Part shown: piece by piece, positions 1 to 8,584 of the stretch | How the letters are laid out: the number at the start of each line of letters is the position of its first letter | Position numbering within the stretch: the stretch's first letter is position 1 | DNA from: Phoronis australis | Taxonomy: Eukaryota > Animalia > Phoronida | Direction of reading: 5' to 3' | Length of the DNA: 63,049 nucleotides | Assembly: GCA_002633005.1 (NCBI GenBank) | Contig: NMRA01000244.1 | Coordinates: 501,400 to 564,448, forward strand | The notes under the pieces: model-generated | Seen by the model: the letters and a program-made list of their open reading frames with translations, nothing else | Database searches by the model: none | What the model was told of the DNA's origin: nothing | Program-made: the position numbers and the translations under genes

Positions 1-1002
1 ACTTCAACTGGGCCTGATGGCAGCTCCCACCGTCTCTCTGCTGCTGCTAGGCGGAAGACAAAGCGGGCTCGCCAGGCGGCTCAGAAGAAGCTTGAAAACC
101 TAGAAATCGATGTTCAGCAGGGTGTTAAGCGCCCTAAGTCTGACAGCTCGACTCCTGGGACATCCTCAAAACCACCCACCAAAGTGGCTAAAGTGGATAA
201 ACTACCTTACGCTAGTGTGGCTAAGAAGGATCTTAGCGTCTTTGTGGCTGCAAAAGCTGGTGAGCCACCACTAAATGAGGACGAGGCTAAGCGTCTGAAG
301 CGCCGACTACAGATGGCATTTGTCAAACCTCAGAGACCCCGTGTCCCGCTTCATATTAAGTCAGTGAGACTTGAAAAGGGCAAACTGGCGATTGCCTGTG
401 ATAACTCAGCTACCCTTGACTGGGTCAAACTTGAGTGTAAGGAACTTACTCCTGATGGTCCTGACTCTCACAGGTCAGGGTACCACGTGATGGGTCCAGG
501 CGATCTACCTCCTGTGTTCAAGGCCTTCTGTCATGTGTCAGAGGAAGTTGCCTCTAATAAGGATGAGTTCTTGTTGGTCCTTAAGGAGTGCAACGATGAC
601 CTGGATATGACAAAGGTTCATGTGGTGTCAATGACTGCCATCAAACCAACGTTAAAATATCCCTCTAAGGGATTTACCATTGTCCTAGCCTTTGAAGAGT
701 CCGCTTGGCAGGTTCTCCGGGGGATGGATTTTCGTCCCTGGTGTGGCTTTGCTGGGCGTGTGCTTTTTAGAGCTAGGGGTAAAAGCAGTAAGGGGGCCAA
801 AGCTTCTGTCCAGGCCTCAGAAGGGATGTCAACCTCGGACATAGAAGCTGACTGTGTGCCCACCACAAAGTCAGCAGAAATGGACGTGGGTGATGAAACG
901 ACTGAGGTAGGGAATGTTGCTGAGGCTTCTGAACCTGTACCATCCAATGACAGATCTTCTCTGGCTCCTTCCCCACTCACGAGTGATGTGGAGTCTGGAT
1001 AG
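1..1002 (+). CDS. LINE ORF1 (gag-like), open from base 1, N-terminus beyond window
   Basis: Frame 1 is stop-free from 1 to 1002. Basic KRPKSDSSTP motif, YASVAK and LAIACDNSATLDWVK resemble Loa/R1 ORF1 proteins. Lies directly upstream of the endonuclease ORF. Confidence 0.7.
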   Translation, partial: TSTGPDGSSHRLSAAARRKTKRARQAAQKKLENLEIDVQQGVKRPKSDSSTPGTSSKPPTKVAKVDKLPYASVAKKDLSVFVAAKAGEPPLNEDEAKRLKRRLQMAFVKPQRPRVPLHIKSVRLEKGKLAIACDNSATLDWVKLECKELTPDGPDSHRSGYHVMGPGDLPPVFKAFCHVSEEVASNKDEFLLVLKECNDDLDMTKVHVVSMTAIKPTLKYPSKGFTIVLAFEESAWQVLRGMDFRPWCGFAGRVLFRARGKSSKGAKASVQASEGMSTSDIEADCVPTTKSAEMDVGDETTEVGNVAEASEPVPSNDRSSLAPSPLTSDVESG

Positions 1003-1033
1003 ACAGTCACTGGTATATTCTTAACATGATGAA

Positions 1034-3900
1034 ATGAATCATGAGGTTAAAATCTGGCAGATAAATCTGCACCGGGCCAACAACCCATCAGTGCTTCTGC
1101 AGCAGACGCTTGAGCGCAATACCCTATTCATGGCCTTCATACAAGAGCCGTGCTGTCGGGGAAGTGCGATGATGAACACTCCTAGGAATGCCAAATCTTA
1201 TATTGCTTCACTGGGTAACAACATCAAGCCCAGGGCTGCGATTCTGGTATCCAAGGACATAACCTCAAGAATCCTTCCTGAGTTTTGTGACAGGGACACT
1301 GTGGCAGTGTCCTGTGATACACTAAGACCAAATGGTCTAATATGCACAGTATGGTGGGTCTCATCCTATATGCCAGGGGACTCTGCCGAGAACCCACCCT
1401 TACCTAAACTGAAAAAATCACCAATCAATGCAGAGCCAAGAATATCCCTTTGGTTATCTGTCGTGATGCCAATTCACATCACGAGGTGTGGCACAGCCCT
1501 GACACCAACCCAAGAGGTGAGGCACGTCTGGAGTTCATTGTCAGCTCTCAACTTTTAATATGCAACAAGGGCCATGAGTCCACATTTGTTGTCAAAAATC
1601 GGCAGGAGGTTATAGACCTTACTCTGGTTAATTTGCCTGCTGTTGTTGTGGTAACTAATTGGAGAGTGGATTCTGCACCTTCTTTATCTGACCACAGATA
1701 CATCAGGTTTGAAGTGGCGACTTTCGTTGTTCCACTATTTAGTGAGTATATGAACACCAATAAGGTGAACTGGGAACTCTATCGTTCAAAGGTTTCCAAA
1801 CTCCTTTCTACTCTAGAAACAACAAATATCAGGACTCGTTTTGATGTTAACAAATTGGCAGATGACATTAACAATGCCCTGACCAAGTCACTAAATATTT
1901 CCTGCCCCAAACGCTGTATTAAGGTCACTGGGAAACCAAAACAACAGATTTGGTGGACCAAAGAACTGGCAGCACTTCGGGGTAAGGCACGTAAAGCTCA
2001 CAGAGCGGCAATTCGGACTGACACTGACGAGTGCTGGGATGCACATCATCTTGCCTATCGTATGTTTAGGTCTGCCACACGCAAAGCAAAGCGCAATTCC
2101 TGGAGGAATTTCTGTCAGCAAACTAACAGCCTCTCTGCATCTGCAAGGTTGATGCAATTGCTTAAGAAGAATCACTCCTCCAGACTCGAGGTCATTCAAA
2201 AAGAGGATGGCTCATACACACGCTCCGCCGAGGAAACACTCGAAGTAATGATGGGTAAGCACTATCCTGATAGTGTAAACCTGTCGAGCCAAAATTCAAA
2301 AGTGACGGACTCCGAGGAGTGTGAACCATTAGCTTATGCTGATATTGAAAACATAGCCACACCACATCTCGTGGAGTTAGCTCTAATTTAAAAAGTCTTT
2401 TATACCATGGAAGTCCCCAGGACTAGACATGATATATCCTATAATGTTGCAAGAAGCTTGGATAGCACTATTCCAAATACTTATAGCAACTTACAAAGCC
2501 AGTCTTAGACTAGGTTATATCCTCAAGACTTGGACTGAAGCTAGGATAGTCTTCATTCCTAAACCAGGGAAAAACTCATACCTTTTGGGTGAATCATTTA
2601 GGCCTATAACCTTAACATCCTTTCTTCTGAAAGGACTGGAAAGGCTCATTCTGTGGCATCTTCATAAACAAGGAATACAGAACAAACTTCAGAACAATCA
2701 GTAGGCTTATAGGCCTGGCTTCTCTACGGAGACCGCTCTACATGATCTGGTTGCTAGACTGGAAAGGGCTGTTTTTAATAAACAATTTGCCCTCTGTGCC
2801 TTCATTGATCTTGTTGGTGCTTTCAGCAATATCAAGCATGATGCGATCCGAATTGCACTGAACCACTTTAAAGTGAATAGGTGTCTTACCAGGTGGATCA
2901 TTAACATGCTTGGAAGTCAATCTGTGACTGCTTGTCTAGACAATGTGAGAGTGGCGGTTCGCATCACCAGAGAAACACCTCAGGGTGGCGCTGCCTCACC
3001 CACCCTCTTTAACATGGTTATAGATGGTTTGCTGCGACAATTATCTACTGACATGGGTCCAAGCTTGTATGTTCAAGCCTATGCAGATGATATTGTTCTC
3101 AGTGTGTCTAGCATCGATCCTTACACATGTCGCTATCTTGCTCAAAAAGCACTGAATACAACAGCCACATGGGCTAAGTCAGTTGGCTTAGAAATTAGTG
3201 GTAGCAAAACAAAGGTGATTATGTTCACTTGGAAGCTTAAATTGTCAATGCGGCCTTTAACTCTGAATGGTAAACATCTTGATCTTGTAGACAAGGCGAC
3301 TTACTTAGGTGTCATTTTACACCATCGTCTTTCCTGGACCCTGCATATTACAGAAAAAATCTCAAAAGCCAAATCTGCATTAGTGAGATGCAGTCGTGCG
3401 GTGGGTAAAACTTGGGGAATGTCTCCCAAGAATATGTTCTGGGTTTATACTGCTGTTATCCGACCTGTAATGTCCTATGCTTCGTCGGTATTGGTAACGG
3501 CATTAAAACAGATTACAATTATCAACAAACTTAGGCAGCTGCAACGTCTAGCTTGTCTGTGCAACATGATCGAACCAAAAGGTTCAAAATCCTTCTGAGT
3601 CTAGATAGATTGGGTATAAGACACGTCATTCAAATTTTGACGGGCCACTGCAACCTAGCCCGACACAGACACATTACTGGGCATATGGGGAGCCCTGTGT
3701 GTCCTGAGTGTGGTACTGACGTAGAATCTCTTAAACACCTGGTAGAGTCTTGCCCAGCTTTTTATAGGCTAAGGAGCAACCTACTGGGTGGCACTGTTAC
3801 ATGCCTACAACATATAGTGCATGGCAACAAATGGAAACGTCTGTCCGTTTTCCTAAAGGAGACTGGCAGACTTGAAAACTTTCTTCACGAGGAGCTATAA
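1034..3900 (+). pseudogene. LINE ORF2: APE endonuclease + reverse transcriptase + C-terminal Cys/His knuckle; frameshifted
   Basis: QINLHRA, FIQEP, DANSHH..W, IDLTL, SDHRYI (APE); IPKPGK..FRPITLTSFLLKGLER, PQGGAASPTLF, YADD, YLGV (RT); LTGHC..CPECG..ESLKHLVESC. Frameshift near 1415, stop/frameshift near 2390, in-frame TAG 2702-2704, break near 3560. Confidence 0.92.
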
Positions 3901-4049
3901 ATGGGGTCTCGTGCCTTTGCTCAGGTGTTCTGTGCAATGGGCCCAACCTTGAGGCCTGCGCACGTCTGATGCACCGCAAATGACATCAGACCACCTGCAC
4001 TGTTTTTTTTTAACTCACAATAATGTATCTTCTTTAAACTCATCCCCAG

Positions 4050-4137
4050 TACCAGCACCACTATCACCATCACCCCACCACCACCACCACCACCGTCATT
4101 ATCACGACCACCACCAAAATCACTATTATAATCATCA
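4050..4137. repeat. (CAC/CAT)n degenerate trinucleotide microsatellite; paralogous copy at about 47725-47812
   Basis: Direct reading; source of spurious poly-His / poly-Val ORFs. Confidence 0.85.
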
Positions 4138-4578
4138 GGCGGTACTTCCGGGTAGTTGTTGGCGTCTTTATCTATGGTACAAAATCTCCGTCGCTTCATC
4201 GACTGCAAGATAATGCATTACTTTGTACGTGCGAAATAGTTGGATACTTGAAAAAATATTGGGTGCGCCTATTTACGGGGCACTGGACTGTGGTCAAGGT
4301 TTCAGATTAGCCTACATAAGACAAATAAAAATCAGCGTTTTATTTCTGTTGCGTTATAACCATGTAATCAGAGTCTGGAAACTGCATGCGAAGCAATTTG
4401 AATGTCATGTATTGGCAAAGAGGCCCGGCTAAAAAATAACGTCAGTAGTGCGTATTTTCAGGGCTATCACGAGGGTTCGTCCCGTGAAAAATATGGCTGC
4501 GTCGTTCCTCTTCCCTATGCTACATCCAATACAACATACATGGGACTGCGCACGACTTCACTCGTATAAGAGTTATTA

Positions 4579-4970
4579 AAGAAAACAACAACGGTTTTAA
4601 GATTTGACATGTTTCGGTGTCAATTATTCAACACCATCATTAGAAGTGAGAATACAGTGGCCACCTAGCTAGGCCCAGCAACAAGTAATGAAGCACAGAT
4701 ACAGTCAGTTACAGGGTGTGACAATGAACTAGACCAACAATGACAACCTGTGGCGTGTCACTTGCCTGTTGAGATTGGGCTTGCACCAACTGACGTGTAA
4801 AGCCTCACGAATTTTAAGCTCCTTTGTTGTTACTGCCTGGTCTATTATTGCAAAGTCATTGAAAGAGCACTGCTGATAACAATGATTGGAGTTCTGTAGG
4901 TGAATATTTACATGTGAATTTCTGTCAGAATTTAGATGTTCCTTGGTCCTGGTTTTCAAATGGCGAACAC
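4579..4970 (-). mobile_element. Penelope-like element 3' fragment (GIY-YIG endonuclease C-terminus + 3' UTR)
   Basis: ORF 4729-4959: KTRTKEHL..SHVNIHL..FAIID..LKIREALHV..KPNLNRQ, typical of the PLE GIY-YIG end. Followed by a hammerhead-like motif. Confidence 0.8.
4601..4648 (-). ncRNA. Degenerate minimal type-I hammerhead ribozyme motif of the Penelope remnant
   Basis: Minus strand reads cactt-CTAATGA-t-GGTGT-tgaataattg-ACACC-GAAA-CATG-TC-aaatc: core (CTGATGA with G>A), perfect 5-bp stem II, palindromic CATG stem III, GUC site. Confidence 0.6.
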
Positions 4971-4974
4971 ATGG

Positions 4975-7900
4975 AAGGAATTTTGCTTGTTGAGATCAGA
5001 AGCACATTTTAAGTGTCATGAAAAATACACTTTGTTAAATCACTTTTAGCCTTTTTCACATATTTTAACTCAGTTATTAAATAAGACTTGGGTACAAAGA
5101 TTATTAGTTTCTACATATAAACATGAAGATGAAACGTCAAGTATGTTCTGCCTTACAAAAGTAGTTTGTCTTGTGTTTTCTTTTATAATTTTCTAATATT
5201 TCTCCTACTATTCTGTTACAGGTGAGAGAAAACAACTGAAACCAACCGCTTGACCATCTATTTTACCTTTGGACAAAGTGAAAAGCAATCCTTCAGCAAT
5301 AACCTGAGAGAAATGAACCTAATTCAGGAATTCACCACTTGATATGGCTGATTATGAACTCCATTGCAATGTTGTTTCTTTGTATGTATGTGCTTGTTCA
5401 GTTTGCCATTTTGTTTTTTAAATACACTGATAATTGTTTATTCTGGAACCTTGTGCATAGCAGATACTTGTCCAGCTAGCTACAATTGAAAACATAGTAT
5501 TATTTTTCTTGCATGTGGAACTTTTGTTCATAGACAAGTTAACACAAACCATAAAATTGTTCAAAGGCCTTCTTGAAAAAGCTCTAAAAATAATTACACA
5601 CACAAACAAATCAAATGCAAACAAAGGGAATACTTCATTTTGATCGCTGAACATTTCTATAGGTCAACAGGAAAGTGACAGTTCGCCAGCGTATTCGATA
5701 ATCATTTCAGCTTTATCAAGAATAAGCACAACTACACTGTATGGGGCTTTAAAACTGAAGAAATATTGTGGTTTCAATAATTAGTGACAAACTTGCCTGT
5801 TGATTAAAAATTTATTTGATCATCAAAGTGTAACATTAACGGGCTTTCTACTGACGATAAGACAATCGATGCAGTCACTGAATGTCATTTACCCATAATG
5901 TGTACCAAAATGAAAAGGTTTTACCATTAGTATGAAGCCTTTCTTCTGAAAGGAAAAGTTAATGTCACTCACTGAGAAAAGACAGGTAATTTACACCAGA
6001 TGCTTTTGGTTTCCATTTCACTGGGATCTAGTTTCAATGGCCTATCAAAGCTTTTGTAAAAAGGTCCAGTTTCGGCATGTGGCTTTCTTTCACGTAACCT
6101 CATTCAGCCTCAATAACATCCACAATTAGACCCTTGAAGGTAAACACAACAGCATATCACTTGAATCGTTTTGTGCCCAAAAACGGACCCTGAACTAAAC
6201 CAGAGTGTCACTAGGTCTTCTTTAGCTTCAGTCCCTCATGTTTCTTCCAGGAAAGGAAATAAGCTACTGTCCACACATGACTCATTGCCTATTAAAGGAC
6301 ATTTTCACCGACGAGGCTCACTTGTGGCGCAGTCAGATATAGTTCCTCTTCACACACAAACAATCCACTGACACATAGTATTATGGTAACTTAGCATTGC
6401 GATTCACATTTCTCCAGGGCCACTGACTTCTGCATTGTGCCATGCATCACTACTGGTGTGTGGAAGTGCTGTGGGAAGAGAACGGAGTAACAAAGCTTGT
6501 CTATGTTGCGGCTTTAAATGGCCTTGAAATATCACTAAACCTGGAACGAATATTGAAATATGAATAATTAAGTACTCCAGGTTGAGTCAAAAATGCTACC
6601 CCTGTTTTTCAAAAATATGAAATGGTCACTGCTCTACAATTTCACATAAAATCCAATAATTACTATTTTTAGAAACCAAGGGTGTTTATAATAAGTATTA
6701 CATAAAACCGCATCTCGTTTGTAGCCATAACAATTCTTTAAACGCATCACTTGTCATCAAAACATACATTTTTTTTGCGACAACTTCAAACCTTTTTTAC
6801 CAATTTTCAAGCCTTTTTATTTTTGATACTTTCAGCAATTTTAAACTCCGATTACAGATTCATGGGTCTGTCAAGCATACTTCTAGTCTAAGGCTGAGGG
6901 AACCGTTTCTCAGTCTCTATTTTTCTTTTAATTGAAGATATGAAGACTTGGGTCATTTAAAAATGATCGATAATCTTTCTATTGTTTAACAGTAATTACA
7001 AATCGTAAGGTATCATCAAAATGCAATTTTCACAAAAATGGCAGTCATTTGAATTTGTAAACGACTTGCAACATTTCGAGTTAAGACTATTCAGTCACTG
7101 AAAATTCAGAAAATGTAATATATTTTGATGTGTTTACATTTGATAGCAAAACAGTTTCATGAAATAAACTTGAAGGGACTTCAAGACGTTTAAGAATTAC
7201 CTTACCATGCTCTTTCCTCCCAGGCATGTATTACCTGTTACTTTCACACATTCATTTTCACTAAATTTTACAACCCCAACCCCCTATGCCAATCCCTCGA
7301 TAAGGACCTGAATAAGTAAATTTAACAAAACAATTTACATACATTTCTTTAAAAATAGCTGTTCCTTTTCAAAGGCTTTGTTCGTTGTCTCCGATATAGA
7401 AAGTAGGCTTTGACAACAGATCTGCACTGGATGGGAATTAAGATCTTGCTGAGCAGCAGAAACCAATTTTTGTTAATTCAGGTACGGTGCAGCCCTCAAA
7501 CGTAAAACCAAAGGTCACGTGAAAACAGACATGATAGAATTCATATTTCAACGTGTAATAGATTTCCGGAAGACATATGATAGGGAGTAAACAAGTAGTC
7601 TAATGCAATGCACATTTGTCACGTACCCTTTGCCATAGGGCTTGGATTGTAATCTTAACTCACTAACCAATATCGAGTTGACAGTATAAACATTCAGCTT
7701 AGATTGATGAAACTGTCGCTGATAAACCTGTTAGAAATCATTCCGAACAATAATAATACTTTGATGTGCGAAAAGATCCCGAGTTTTACGTCAGGTATCC
7801 TAACACGCATCACAACAAACAAAGATTAACCCGACTGGCGCCTGCCGCGAAGTCGAAATCGGCGAGTACCTCAGTTAACAGGCATCAGTAGAATAAACAT

Positions 7901-8020
7901 GGAATAATCGATAAAATAATCACAAACCTTACCTTTGTATAAGGTCGTGCTTTGTTCCTCTCATAGAAGCACCCTTTTTACCCAATCTCAGATTCAGTTG
8001 GCACGGCTGCAAGCCATTTC
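4975..8020. mobile_element. Decayed ISL2EU/Harbinger-related DNA transposon: THAP remnant (+) convergent with SAP-SWIM-YqaJ exonuclease pseudogene (-)
   Basis: Plus 5221-5275 GERKQLKPTA*PSI (THAP C-end). Minus about 7932-7980 GASMRGTKHDLIQR followed by GT donor (SAP-like). Minus about 6060-6370 SGLFVCEEELYL...VQG..VVFTFKGLIVDVI..MPKLDLF (YqaJ-like). Many stops. Confidence 0.5.
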
Positions 8021-8255
8021 ACCATGTATTTAAAGGGCTTGAGAAATCGAGGCTGCTTAATCTATCACCATTAGTACACGCGCGCCCTCTAGTTATTGAA
8101 AATTTTCCGAATAGCTCCATTAAAATATCGTTTTTATGGAAATTATGCGTCTTATTTTTCATAGCGTATAAATGTCGGGGCAATGCCCTTTGCTGAACAA
8201 GCGATTGTTGCGCGTGCTCATTTAAGTATTCTATTTTCACGTTCGATGACGTCAG

Positions 8256-8320
8256 CCGCTGAGTGGTGTAGTGGTAAAGTCGGCGACTCTTGAGGCCCGG
8301 GTTGGAATTCGGCCTCGGTT
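8256..8320 (+). mobile_element. Possible tRNA-derived SINE head fragment
   Basis: A-box-like TGGTGTAGTGG and degenerate B-box GGTTGGAATTC at tRNA-like spacing; no full cloverleaf. Confidence 0.35.
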
Positions 8321-8584
8321 TCCCGCCAAAATGTTATCTCACTAGTGAGATAACTTTATGGGTTATTACACGATTGTATCTGCCATTCGAGGCTAATATT
8401 GTGGTATAAGAGTTATTATTTTTAACTACCAATCACGGCGTGGAAGACATTTTATAAACCAGAAAAAGAACAGAAGCAGTTCATTGGTTGAGTCTTTATT
8501 CCAACGTCTGTACTCAACGTATTTTGTTTAAAAGACTTCAGTGCAAGCATAGTGGAGTGCCTCGACAACTTTCGGCAGCGTAAC

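Larger units (their letters stand above)
1..4011 (+). mobile_element. Non-LTR retrotransposon (LINE), Loa/R1-like clade; 5' end outside window; ORF2 disrupted
   Basis: ORF1 followed by APE endonuclease-RT-CCHC ORF2; 3' UTR with hairpin and T-run ending at 4011. Flanking DNA from 4012 resumes homology to the empty paralogous site at about 47687. Confidence 0.9.

Noticed and set aside
3980-4213. His-rich peptide ORFs here and at 47695-47913
   Set aside because: Derived from a CAC/CAT microsatellite; frame and flanks are not conserved between the two paralogous copies.
8552-8584. GTG start extension of LRR paralog A given in the ORF track
   Set aside because: Eukaryotic gene; the ATG at 8585 matches paralog B and begins the signal peptide.
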